Shown piece by piece: positions 1 to 14,914 of a stretch of 64,000 nt of DNA; the first letter of the stretch is position 1, and each line of letters begins with the position of its first letter. Source of the DNA: Batkoa obscura (taxonomy: Eukaryota); the NCBI GenBank assembly GCA_030770535.1, contig JASVEC010000015.1:434001-498000 (forward strand). Direction: 5' to 3'. Made by a program: the position numbers and the translations under genes. The notes under the pieces are model-generated. The model saw only the letters and a list, made by a program, of their open reading frames with translations. It was not told the DNA's origin and did not search any database.

Positions 1-758
1 TCCAAGTATCAACCAAAAGTTTAAAAATAATATCGCACTTTTACATAAATTACCATATAAATATGTTATATTACTACATGCATATAAAATTAGTTTATCT
101 GAGTATGAGGCTATGGTTTTTTATTTACTTTAAATTTATCTTATGTCTAGTGCGACTTCACCCTACTTTTTAATTTGGCTAATTTTTTCACATAACTCTA
201 AACTCAACTTTCTTACAATTGGATCCATTATTTAGCATTGTTACTTTAATTCTATTTGATATTAAAAAATAACTACTTCATTCAGTATTAATCTACATAT
301 GGTATCGTTCAATTCTTTTATATAGGCCAATATCAAAACTTCTTTTCCATTTATTATCTCTTTGATTCAAAATAAGACATCTTTATTAATATTGCAAGAA
401 ATGAATTTACAAACAAGCCAATACGTCTAACTTTTCTTACATTTGCATTACTATGCTTGATCTTTAATAGTCAGCCAAGTTCCTTGAAATTATAATCTGT
501 TGAATTTTATCCAATGTTATTGACTGATTATGAAGTAGTATATCTACAAAAACAAACAACTATTCAGCTATGGTAAATGAAATGTTTGCTTCTTGATTTA
601 ATCAAATTATATACATGACTCTCAGTAACCCTTTCCTTTTTTACTACTTTTATCTTAAGTTTATAAATAGCTGCACTTGAATTTTGTTTTATTTGGTCCT
701 CTATTATACCCTTTTTTTTAAAGTCTCCTTGTTTTTATTTCTTTTTACTTTTTGTCAT
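1..758 (-). pseudogene. IPI1: Unprocessed IPI1/TEX10 pseudogene, runs off the window start
   Basis: Minus strand from ATG at 758 reads MTKSKKK*KQGDFK (TAA at 737-735) versus MGKSKKKQKSEDFK in the intact gene at 31478. Further colinear blocks are NQSITLDKIQQIIISRNL, KHSNANVRK and DPIVRKLSLELCEK, and 1-120 aligns with the AP/SYxDKLILY..FL..WL exon. It has stops, frameshifts and intron-sized spacers. Confidence 0.85.
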
Positions 759-833
759 TTTTTATAGAATAAAATTGATTAAAAAATAATATATGAATAG
801 TTTTGAAAAAAAAAATTGACTTTTTAAATTAAA

Positions 834-1600
834 ATGACAAATCAAACTGAAAATGAAATACCAAACTTTAGTTTAATAACTGCTGTAACAAAAGAAAGGG
901 GTATTGGATATCAGGGGGATCTTCCATGGATTAAAACACCTATTCGTACGGATATGATGTTCTATGAGAAAGTAACAAGGCACTTAAATGTTAATCAAGA
1001 TAAACCTTTTGAAACAAGTGAAATCAACGATACAGTTAATAATGTAGTAATTATGGGAAGAGTATCTTGGGAATGTGTACCAATAAAATATAGACCATTC
1101 AGAAATCGTATTAATATCATTGTATCAAGGAACAAAGATTTAAATTTGTAATAATTATTAATTAAGTTTGATAAAATAATGTTAACAATTTATTTTATAG
1201 AGAAATGAGTGATGAAAAGTTAAAACAATATACTCATATAGTACACTCTTTAGAAGATGGATTAATATTGGCAAAAAAGCTAACAAAAAATGGCTCAGTT
1301 TTTGTTATTGGTGGTAGTCAACTTTATACTCAAGCTATTCAACATCCAAAATGTACTAAGTGGTTTATTACCGAGCTGTTTGACCACCCAGAATTACTTT
1401 GTGATACCTTCTTTCCAGAATATCAAGCTATAAAATCATCCAAAAAAGATATAACTATTGAAGCATGGGAATGGTTAAATAGATTCAAAAGTAAAAGAGT
1501 GCTTCCAGCTTTAAAAAAGTTAGAAAACGGTGAAGTATATGTTTGTGAAAATGATATTAGTTATAAGTTCTTTTTATTTGAAAATAATTATATTGAATAA
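834..1600 (+). CDS. DFR1: Dihydrofolate reductase, 2 exons (834-1147, 1201-1600)
   Basis: Motifs GIGYQGDLPW, VIMGRVSWE, RPFRNRINIIVSR, VFVIGGSQLY and CDTFFP. GT-AG intron 1148-1200 joins the two ORFs in frame. Confidence 0.95.
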
Positions 1601-1618
1601 AGTTTATAAATAATATAT

Positions 1619-1715
1619 GAGGGTGTTCTTTTGGTTTCATTATTTTTCCATTTTTTAAGTGCTATTTGAGTGCAAAGATTGTTTGTACAACTCTTAAACA
1701 AAAAAATATATCTCC
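1619..1715 (+). mobile_element. MITE family A copy (diverged), in the DHFR 3' UTR region
   Basis: GAGGGTGTT...ATATCTCC flanked by ATAT on both sides; internal sequence matches the other copies. Confidence 0.8.
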
Positions 1716-2234
1716 ATATAGTAATAAATAGAAGTAGTACAGTTATTAGATCCTATAATCAAGTTTTTTTTAACTCATAATCCTAGACTGTATTAAATTT
1801 TTGTATTTTTATTATTGGTTTTGATACAATTAAGAAAGTTTTTAAAGTTGAAATTTAAACACATAGTATAATTATTAAATTATATGGTGAATAATATTGA
1901 GTTTAAACATAAAATATTATACTATCAATTATATTAAATAGCCTTGAAAGTTATTTTATTTATTAAAAATACAAATATAAATACAAATACAACCGTGTTA
2001 GAGATATAAAAATAAATGAAAGAAAAGTTTATTGCAAAAGTAAAAAAGAAACACATATTACCTAAAGTAAAGGTAATAGAATATTGCAATTCGATAATGT
2101 TGAAAATAAAAGGGAAAAAATGGAAAAAGAAAAAGACTCTTACTTTCTATTAAGAGTACCGTTAAGAAACATTGAAATTCAAATTATAGTGTTAATTTGT
2201 GTTACATATTTATCAACATAAAATTCAATTAAAT

Positions 2235-4799
2235 TTAAACTTGGATATCTTCCTTATTAATATGAGATAAGCTTCCAATCTATTAATTTTATTAATCTTA
2301 ATTCATTTTTAAATAGTTTAATTTACATTGTTACTATCATCGTTATTATCATTAGGTACTACTTTATTATCAGAATAACAAGTAGCATGTAATACCTATT
2401 AATATATAAATAAAGCCCTTAATTTAAATATTATAATATTACCTCATCATTAACTAAAACAGCATTCTTATATATCCAATCCTCTTTTTCCTCACTCCAG
2501 ATAGTATTAAATGTATCATGGCATATAGGACATGGTTTATTATTATGATCAGCAGGTACAACTAAAATTGACATTTCAAGTTTAGCAGTTGATTCTGCAG
2601 CTTCATCTTGAGGCTTAACTAACTGAGTGAAGAAAATAGGTTCTATTTTTAAATTAAATTAATTAAAAGTTGAAATTATTCTTTATTTTCTTACCATTTG
2701 AATAATCAAATTCAGTTTCTTTATTTTCTACCCAATCCTTGAAATTTAAAATTAATAAAAGTTACTATCTTTATTACATTCTTTATTACCGAGTCTGTTG
2801 AATACCATGTTCTTGAATGTGCCTTCTTAGCCCTTTCTTTACGATTACGATTTAATCGGAAGTGCCAGTCCATATGTATATCAAGTTCTTCTTGACTTTC
2901 TTGGCTTTCTGGGTATCTAATACCGCATTGCTTACATTGTAATGTCTGATCAAAATAAAGTACTTTTTCAGCTCCTTTATGGTTACTAATAAATAAAATA
3001 CTTAATATACTTGTTTCTTAACAATCTTAGTTTAAAACACATTTAAATTTTAGCTCAATAAACTATAAATTAAATTAACAATAAATAAATAAAACGTACG
3101 CATTTATATCCTTTTGAGTTAAGTTTACGATTAAAGTGACATCCGTCCCTTGGTCAGTACTAGATAATGGAAAATTAAAGGCAGTTGTATTAGAATCCAT
3201 AGGAACTGATGAAGGTATGGGTTCTTTAGAAACTCCATTCTCGTTTGAAGATTGTGATGCATTAAAGGAAAGGACTCCACTATCAAGGAGACTCTTTAAT
3301 AAATCATGATCTACATTTAAAGCTGCAGGTGCAGTAGTATTAGAGAATGGTACAGGAGGTTCTTGATAACCAATATTATGGGGTTCGCTAACCATAGAAT
3401 TATCCAAAGCTCCATGATTAAAATGAGGTGGCTTCATTGGATGAATGTGGTTATTTGGTGGCATATTTGACATGTGATGAGACATAGGTGGAAAAGATGA
3501 ATGTGGTGGTTGGATATGTGGTGCAATCGGATTCATTGGGTGTTTGAATTGGTGATCAAATGGCATTGGCGCAGCATTATGAGGCCCTTCAAAAGAATCA
3601 TTTGGTATATTATGATCAAAAGGTGGAGGACGCATTTGATGAGGAGGAAATGATGGATTGTTATGAGGAAAATCGGGGGTATCCTGAGCATATGAATCCA
3701 TAAAAGAAGGCTCTTGTCCTGGGAAAAATGGAGGGTTATGGCCCATTTCTGGCATACCAAATTCACCATTTGGAAACTCTTGAGGATAAATTGGTCGATT
3801 ACCTGCTTCATTAAAATAAGGTGGTTGTTGGGAAAAGGGAAGTAGTTGATGAAATTGTGGTTGTTGAAAATCTTGTTCGATGAATCCAGGTCTTTCTTGT
3901 CTTTTATGAGAACGAGCATTATTAAACCTTGGTGGAGGTCTAGGAAATTGGTTGGGTTGACCAGGTCTAAATGGTGGTGGACGATAAGGTTGACGACCCT
4001 GAAATGGTCTCTGGTGTGGCGATGGAAAAGTTTGTGGTCGTTGCTGAGGATGGAAATTTTGATGGCGTGGGCTTTTATTGAATCCTTGTTTCAAATGACC
4101 AGGAAGCTAAAAAAAATTAGAATCAGGATAAAACTATTAAATAAAGGTTACATTTTTTTGTTGTGCTTTTCTTTTTTCAGGATGGTGGTCAAAATCAGTA
4201 CCTCTTTTATCACCGGATGAAGGATAGCCCTAAGCAATGGGTAAATATTATTTTATTAATAATGAAATTTTAAAATACCGAATGAGAATTAGAGTTATTT
4301 TGGGCATAATTATTTAAGGGTGAGTCATAATTGTTTCTTTCAGATTCTTCCAATTCAATAGATATATGATTAAGTATGTCAGCGCTAAATAAATCAGCTG
4401 TTTTCCAAGTTTCTAAAACAACATTAAGCTTTCTTTGAGTTGATGGTTCAACAGAGCGATAAGTGTCAATAAAAATTTTACGAATATTTTTAGAAAATCC
4501 GCTAGGATATAACTCTGATTCATTTTTTATTATAGAATCTATTAAATAAATTAAAGGGAGTTTTAATTCTGGCTGGACCTTAAGCAAAATTAAGCATCGG
4601 AATTGACAAAGTTTTAATTTATTCTTACCTTGGTTATTTGTCCTTCAATGGCTTCAATGATCTCATTAGAATACTTACGCTTATCCTTGGCAACCGTTGT
4701 CAACCGAGATATCACCGTATTTGAACATGTACTAAGCGTTTTAAGAGAGTTGTAATATTCATTGAATATTTGCTTTGGCGAAATATCACTGTGATCCAT
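2235..4799 (-). CDS. PCF11: mRNA cleavage/termination factor Pcf11, multi-exon
   Basis: N-terminal CID (YYNSLKTL...ISRLT...KLPLIYLIDSIIKN...VLETWK) and a Pro/His/Gln-rich middle. C-terminal zinc fingers CKQCGIRY...HMDWHFRLN...SRTWY and CPICHDTF...WIYKNAV...HATC. Last exon IGSLSHINKEDIQV* ends at 2235. Confidence 0.93.
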
Positions 4800-5280
4800 T
4801 ATCTCTTAAAATAAAAAATTGACAAAACCAAGACCAAACTTTTTAACACTACTTAGGATTATATCGACCAATAAAATCGATAATAAATTTTGAGAATAGC
4901 AAATCAATTGAATTCAGGTAAATACTACACATAATAAATTATTAGCTGGATACGAAATTTAACATCAAATTATATTATCTGCTTAATAACTAAGCTTAAA
5001 AACGTGAACAAATCTAAAAATTAAAGATACTAATAAAAAGATTAATATTAAATTAAATAGAACTATTTTGCTTTAAATCTATAATATTAATTTAGTTCAT
5101 AATAAAATACATTATGTATTTTTTTCATTGGATCTTTAAACTTATAGTATCATATATATATCTTACAAAATTTTGATAAAACTACTGGATTTGATATTTT
5201 AGTCCTTTTTAACAACTCTTATTTTTATTAACCTTTTGCTTCAGAGAATCCCTATTTGACTTGAAACTTGTACAAAATAT

Positions 5281-5375
5281 AGGGCTATGTTTTTTGATTT
5301 TATCACTTTTTTCATTTTTTAAACATTATTGAGTGAAAAAAATGTCAACAATTTATAAACAAAAAAGATGTTACG
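5281..5375 (+). mobile_element. MITE family A, highly degenerate copy
   Basis: AGGGCTATGTTTTTTGATTTTATCACTTTTTTCATTTTTTAAAC...GAGTGAAAAA follows the family consensus; ATAT on both flanks. Confidence 0.55.
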
Positions 5376-5656
5376 ATATCGATTCTTTCAACACTGCCCT
5401 GTAGTTTTTAAATAAACGATTTTATAAATTATAAAACTTTATAATTACTTTTGCAGCCATATTCTATAAAAATAAACTTTTTTAAACTTTCTTTTACTAA
5501 TATTTAATAATGGTGATCATTTTATTTTATTTTATTTATTTGTTTACTATTAACTAGCATAAAGTTTAGAAAACTTGTTGGAACTGAAATAAAAACTATG
5601 TTCTTATTCACTTTTATATTTTAGAAAATAAAAAATAAAAAATAAAAAAAGAATAT

Positions 5657-5752
5657 GGGGATGTTTTTTTTGACTTCATTATTTTTCCATCTTTAAGCAC
5701 TATTTAGGTGGAAAATTGTTAGTAAAATTCTTAAATATAAAAATACATCCCC
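5657..5752 (+). mobile_element. MITE family A copy
   Basis: GGGGATGT...ACATCCCC terminal inverted repeats, ATAT flanks. Confidence 0.9.
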
Positions 5753-6103
5753 ATATATAAACTAATATTAGGTTTTTACTTAAATACTATTTTAAAAAGG
5801 TTAAATTTATAACATCTTTATAATCTTTTTGTTTAAAACTTAATTAACAAATGAAAACATATTAAATGAACATTAATTAAGATACGATTTTTAAATAGCT
5901 ATAACTTTTTCTAAATATAATAAATTAATAAAAGCTAATAAGTGGTACCTTAATAAAAACATAAAACACAAACTTGTTTTTAAAGTAAATGGAATAATCC
6001 AATTGGTATAAGAAAGTGATAGTAATATATATTTAAAACTAGTATCCCGTTATGGGCATTATTGTATTTATTAAAATTATGATTTCAATATGTATAGAAC
6101 TCA

Positions 6104-6194
6104 AAGATGTACTTTTTTGCTTGAGAATTTTAGATAGATAGCCTCTTTTCACTCAAGTACTGCTTAAAAAGTGATGAAACCAAAAAAACACCCC
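6104..6194 (-). mobile_element. MITE family A, degenerate copy with internal deletion
   Basis: GATGTACTTTTTTGCTTGAGAATTTT...TGATGAAACCAAAAAAACACCCC matches the reverse consensus. Confidence 0.65.
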
Positions 6195-6555
6195 GATCTA
6201 GGTCTTTATTAAATTAATCTTTTCAACTTACTTTTATATAAAAATTAGTAACGATAAAGTAGAACAATATAGTTGTTGATTTATTGATAATAAAAATTCG
6301 AATCAATTGATAATAAAATACAATATTCAACTATAAAGATCGGCTTGTTAGCATTGAACTTCCAAGCTTTCAAGTTAAATATTCTTGAAATTGAATCACT
6401 TTTCTAAATAGATTAAAACAATACAAGAACAACATAAGTAATTAAGTCTAATCATCTATTGGTACACTTAAGAAACAATCAATGAAACAAAATTTTAAAG
6501 AAATAACAAAATTCAATAAAAAAAGAAGTTTTATCTTTTAATTAGTTAGTATAAA

Positions 6556-9034
<2,479 letters not shown>

Positions 9035-9547
9035 AAGGTAGTTTAAGTCTTTGAAATAACTTCCTTTGAATGTACTAATTCATATTAGCTTTTTATTATC
9101 TTATTAATAACATTTTTATTATTTTCTGCTCTAATAAACCTAATCATTTATTTTATTAGATTATATTAATTCAACTTTTTTTATATAGTTATAATGTCAT
9201 TTGATTAATAATAAATATTTGTCAAATTGAATCTATTTCATTAAATTATTAGATTAATAATTGGACCTTTTAGAACTTAAAGTTAAAATAGAATTCAAAT
9301 GAAATTTTTACTTAATAAAGTAAATGAGTTATTTTAACAATTCATTATTGTCAATAACTATTTGAATCTGTCTTATAGTTTGATAATGTCAATATCCAAC
9401 CTTTAAATAGAATAAAAACATTAAACTATTAATAACAAAAATAAAAGTGATAAAATTTCTTATGATTTCAACTTCATTTAATAAGTTGAAATGTTCTTAG
9501 AAATTCATTTTCTATTTCGAATTTCAAGAAGCGTCAATTACCAAACT

Positions 9548-9561
9548 TAGTAAATGAGGCA
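9548..9561 (+). promoter_or_regulatory. TAGTAAATGAGGCA element shared by the promoters of kinase copies 1 and 2 (second copy 12184-12197)
   Basis: Identical 14-mer about 160 and 115 bp upstream of the two ATGs, in upstream regions that otherwise do not align. Confidence 0.5.
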
Positions 9562-9721
9562 TCAATTGAATTTCACCGCTGGTTAAACCTAGTGACTTAA
9601 ATAGAACAATTCTACGTGTATAAATATTTTTAGTTAAAAAAAGCGATAATTATAATTTATAAAGAAAGTTAGATAGTAAATCAAAAAAATTCTTTTAATT
9701 TAATTCAAATAATTGAATTCC

Positions 9722-11167
9722 ATGTCTCAGTTGTTATGGCGAGTCACTCATTTATTAACATACCAACCAGAAAGATATTCTAAACGTCAAGATTATAAAA
9801 TACTTGGCACTATAGGTAATTTAAATCTCAACTTTTATCCAGCTCTAGCATTCTAATTCAAGCTTTTGATAACTTCTATTTATCTTTAGGAACAGGCTCT
9901 TTTGGGACAGTAAAACTTGCAATTAGAATAAAAGATGATGAAAAAGTAGCTATAAAAATTATTGATAAAAGTAGTCAAGAAGGTCATTTAGATATTGTTA
10001 TAAGGGAACTGAATATATTACAAAAATATCAACATGAAAATATTGTACCTTTTTTAGACTGGTTTGAATCTAAAGATAAATATTATTTTGTATTTAAATT
10101 GTAGATATTTATTACTATTATTGCTATTTATTGTTATTTATTTATTGCTATTTTAGATGTACAGGTGGACAGTTAGGAGACCACTTAAATAAATTGGACA
10201 GCTTTACTGAATTATATTGTAAAAAGCTAGTAATTCAAGTCTTATTAGCTGTCGATTATTTACATGAAAATGGAATAATACACAGAGGTGAATATTTTCT
10301 ATAGCTAATAATAATAGTGATTGATGTTTTATAAATTTCAATAAGATGTTAAATTAGAAAATTTGTTATTTGAAGACTCAAGTGAAAATAGTAAATTGTT
10401 ATTAACAGATTTTGGGTAAATTAGTAGTATTTATAAGAATTATCTTTTTATATTTTATTTTTTTACTTAGTATCTCAAAACTTCTCAATCATGAAAATGA
10501 AATGCTAAAAACTCAATGTGGTACACCAAATTATACAGGTAATTTAACATTATGATAATCAACAGTTAATAATTAACAATATTTTCTTAGCCCCAGAAAT
10601 ATTTTTAAAAATTCATTATGGTAAACCAGTAGATATGTGGTCTATTGGGTAATTTATTATTTTAAGTTTTATACAATTTATTAAATTAATTATTAACTTA
10701 GTATTCTGACTTATTTATTGTAAGTTTTAGATTATTTATTATTATTAAAATTAGAAATCTAATTCTTTAAGATTGAGTGGTAATTTCCCTTATGAAATTG
10801 AAGGCTTCCCTAATCGACAATTACTGGATGATATGTTTGAAGAAAGATGTTGTTTTGATCACTGTTGTTTACCAGAAACGTCTTCGGAAGGTAGGATCAA
10901 ACTTATTCATAATTTTGCAACGTTAAAAAACTAAACAGTAATTCCTTTTTAATTACAGCTATTGATTTCATAAAAAAACTGATAAAAGGGGATCCTCAAA
11001 GAAGAATGACAGCTAAAGAAGCATTGAAACACCCATGGATATTCATGAGTTGTGATAATAAGCCAAAATCTATAAAAAAGGATAAGAAGTGCTTTCATCC
11101 AGTTAAAAAGCATAAATTGGCGTTCGTTAAGTTCAAAATGATTAATGCGTTGAATAAAAAGTGTTAA
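9722..11167 (+). CDS. Ca2+/calmodulin-dependent kinase (CaMK1/Cmk-type), divergent copy 1, 9 exons
   Basis: GTGSFGTV, VAIK, HRDVKLENLL, TDFG, TQCGTPNYTAPE, VDMWSIG and RMTAKEALKHPW; ends NALNKKC*. Intron positions match the two paralogs. Confidence 0.92.
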
Positions 11168-12312
11168 AAATGAGTGATTTTAAAATGAAGAATGGAGATG
11201 ATGGAGAGATAGTGAGTAATTGATAGTGCCGTAATTTTTAATTAATATATTAATGTATATATGAAATAGTTTTAAATTATGGGTGTTTCTCTGTAAATTT
11301 TATAAATTAAATGGCCTGAGAGGAAATTTGAATAATTTTATACTTTTTATTATATCAATTTCAACGATTATAATTAGTATAGTTTTGTTTAAAAAATCAA
11401 GATAAAGTTGAAGTATTAATCAATTTGTTAAAGTTGAATTATGATTGTATAAACAAATAGAAATATCTAATTTAATACTTTATAAAAATAATTTTTTATC
11501 AAAAAGAACTTTTATCTATTGTTTAAAGTTAAAATTAGTCTTATTTTTAAAACGATACTATTAATCCTTTTCAAATTTCTTGAAAGTGGATAAAATCTAA
11601 CAAGACATTTATTACAAGTAAAAAAAGTAATTAGTAAGGAAAGAAAATAAACGATATTGAACAGTTATATAAGGTATTTTTAACTATGTTTTATAATACG
11701 AAGCAGTATAAATTAATAATGGAATAAGAATTCAACTATTTAAATGTATTAAAGATATCTTCAATAGTGTATAAGTTAAAAATAAAAGTAACAATTTAAA
11801 AGCTATTTCTGTATTTAACATAACAAAACAAGATTGTTTTTGAAAATTTATTAACTGAGATTAAAAAAACAAAGGTTTATTAAATCAAATTCTAAAACAT
11901 AAAGTAATTTATGAACAATAGAATATTAATAATAAAATTATAGAAGCAATATTATTATTTATATTAAAATTAGAGTTATATTAATTTTAACTTAATTCTA
12001 GATTAATTTATTACTTGTTGAAGCTAAAAAAACAATTTTTGATTATTTAATGAATTCAAAATTGCTACAAATTAATAGTAAAACATTGTTATTAAAATAA
12101 TCATTGCCATTCCTTTTAAATAACATTAAAGAACATGAAATTTATTATTTGTTCTTATTATAAAGCAGTTTTTTTACTAAATCTAGTAAATGAGGCACTA
12201 TTTATAGCTCCATACATACTGAATCAAATGGAACAAAATATAAGAGACAATAAGTTTAAAAATATATAAAAATCAAACAAACATCTTTTTTTAGAATAAT
12301 TTTAAATAAATA

Positions 12313-13800
12313 ATGTCTTCAATTTTATGGCGAGTTACTCATCTTTTGGATTTTCAACCAAATAGTTATAAAAAAAGACAAGAATATAAAATGATTAATA
12401 CTATTGGTAACAAGAAATTGATACTCTCAAATCAATAAAATGAGGATTTAACCCGATATTATCTCTAGGAACAGGCTCTTTTGGGACAGTAAAACTTGCA
12501 ATTAGAATAAAAGATGATGAAAAAGTAGCTATAAAAATTATTGATAAAAGTAGTCAAGAAGGTCATTTAGATATTGTTATAAGGGAACTGAATATATTAC
12601 AAAAATATCAACATGAAAATATTGTACCTTTTTTAGACTGGTTTGAATCTAAAGATAAATATTATTTTGTATTTAAATTGTAAATATTTACTTATTATCA
12701 TTTGTCATTATTTATATACGTTCTAGATGTAAAGGCGGTCAACTTTTAGATCGATTGTTAGAATTGGGGAGTTTTACTGAATTAGATTGTAGAAATCTAA
12801 TAAAGCAAATACTATTAGCAGTAGATTATTTACATGATAATAACTTAATACATCGAGGTAATAATAATAATATTTATGCTGATGATCATGATTAATTAAT
12901 TTTAATAAGATATTAAATTAGAAAATTTGTTATTTGAAGACTCAAGTGAAAATAGTAAATTGTTATTAACAGATTTTGGGTAAATTAGAATATTAAATTG
13001 AAATTAAATGAAATTGTTTATTTTTATGATATAATTATTTAGTATCTCTAAAATCCTTGATTATGAAAATCAAATGATACGAACTCAATGTGGTACACCC
13101 AATTATACAGGTAATTGTTAATATTTCAATATTAATTATTATTATTATTATTATTAGCACCTGAAATATTTATAAAAATCAATTACGGAAAACCAGTAGA
13201 TATGTGGTCTATTGGGTAATTTATTAATTATTTCAATTTTGTATAAGTTAATTATTTTATTTTATTTTATTTTATTTTATTTTATTTTATTTTATTTTAA
13301 TAATTTAGTGTTTTAACTTATTTATTGTAAGTTTTAGATTATTTATTATTATTAAAATTAGAAATCTAATTCTTTAAGATTGAGTGGTAATTTCCCTTAT
13401 GAAATTGAAGGCTTCCCTAATCGACAATTACTGGATGATATGTTTGAAGAGAAATGTTGTTATGATTCATGTTGTTTACCAAAAATATCTAAAAATGGTA
13501 ATAATAATAATTTGAATTGATGGTTTAGAAATTAACTTTTATTTTCTATTAGCTATTGATTTTATAAAAAAATTATTAAAAGGGGATTATTTACAAAGAA
13601 TGACTATCAAGCAAGCTTTAATTCATCCTTGGATAGCTGACTATTGTGATAATAATATCAACTTAATTCAAAAAGATAGCAAAGCTTTTAATGCTGCTAA
13701 AGCATATAAAAATGCTTTTATTAAGTTGAAAGCAGTTAATGCCTTACATAAAAGTGTAAGGCTGAACTCGTTATCTCCAGATTCTATTAATGAATATTAA
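12313..13800 (+). CDS. CaMK1/Cmk-type kinase, copy 2, 9 exons
   Basis: GTGSFGTV, HRDIKLENLL, TDFG, TQCGTPNYTAPE, RMTIKQALIHPW and a CaM-binding-like tail FNAAKAYKNAFIKLKAVNAL. Confidence 0.92.
13254..13299 (+). repeat. (TTTTA)n microsatellite in a kinase intron
   Basis: About 9 tandem TTTTA units. Confidence 0.9.
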
Positions 13801-14014
13801 ATATTTATTACTATTAATAAAATAGTTGTCATTTAGTATTAGTTTTAAGTTTATATGATGTATTTCTGTATTTTATTTTGTAAAAATTGATTAAATAGGA
13901 CCTTAGATATTAGTTAATTTTAATCTAATATTTATTTATAGAATTAGTAAATCAAAGATAAATGCCAATAAAATTCCTACTTCTTTGACTAAGTTTGAAA
14001 TCCTATAAGTAAAT

Positions 14015-14106
14015 GGTGATGTATTTTTTAAGAAATTTACTAACAATCTTCACATTGAAACAGGGCTTAAAAAATAGAAGAGTAATGAAATTAAAAAAAC
14101 ATCCTC
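14015..14106 (-). mobile_element. MITE family A, degenerate copy
   Basis: GGTGATGTATTTTTTAAGAAATTTACTAACAATCTT...GCTTAAAAAATAGAAGAGTAATGAAATTAAAAAAACATCCTC matches the reverse consensus. Confidence 0.75.
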
Positions 14107-14268
14107 AGATATTGCAAATTTAAATCGAAATCAAACTAGAAAATCTAATAGTTTTAATTAGATTCTTGAACAAATTCATAGCGAATTTTTTTAACAAAAG
14201 AATTTTAAATGTTAAAAAATATCTGCTTGATTTAAATATTCTACTTTTCAGTAATGAATTTAATATAT

Positions 14269-14367
14269 GGGGATGTATTTTTGTGTTTAAGAATTTTACT
14301 AAAAATTTTCCGCCTAAATAGCGCTTAAAAGGTGGAAAAAGTAATGAAATCAAAAAAAATCATCCCC
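14269..14367 (-). mobile_element. MITE family A copy
   Basis: GGGGATG...CATCCCC termini with ATAT flanks. Confidence 0.9.
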
Positions 14368-14563
14368 ATATACTAAAATGAAAATGTTTATTTTAGATAA
14401 AATAAAAAAATAAAAGATAAGTAACTAGTTTAGCTCGCACAACTTCTCACTAGGTTCGAAATATTACTTTTAAACAAGTAATAATAAAAAAAGCCCATTT
14501 TCCAACATTATTATTTATTTAGTACCATTTGTTATGTTGTCTTCAGAAGCTCCAATTTTTTAA

Positions 14564-14690
14564 TACTGTCTCCTAGTTTTCAAAAAAAATCCGGTTTTTA
14601 GCTAATTTAGGCTGTTTTTAGATAAATGAAAGCCAGTAATTAATTTTACAAGAACCGGGACTAGCTTTTAGAAAAAATCGGAGAATAGTA
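14564..14690. mobile_element. Possible second MITE type (imperfect inverted repeat, TA-flanked)
   Basis: Left TACTGTCTCCTAGTTTTCAAAAAAAATCCGGTT versus reverse complement of the right end TACTATTCTCCGATTTTTTCTAAAAGCTAGTCCCGGTT; single copy in the window. Confidence 0.35.
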
Positions 14691-14914
14691 GACAATATTG
14701 TTAAACTTCTATTTTATTAGTAATAGAAATAAAGAATAGATATCTTTATGTATCTTTGAGCAAGCTTTCATTAATTTAAGTAATAAATAATGATAAATAA
14801 TTATAACAGTAAATTAATTTTGCTTAAAGGATTCATAATAATAGATAGTAGCAAAAATACATAAGCTGATAGTATATAAGCATAAAGAATTACAATCTAA
14901 TTATTAAAACAAAA

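Noticed and set aside
3533..4220. Overlapping ORFs 3533-3919 and 3846-4220 (likewise 25396-25629, 25956-26360, 20619-20828, 60703-61018, 48636-48972)
   Set aside because: Alternative-frame or antisense shadows of real genes or of low-complexity sequence.
14120..14353. Short ORFs 14120-14353 and 18513-18695
   Set aside because: They start inside MITE copies and have no coding signature.
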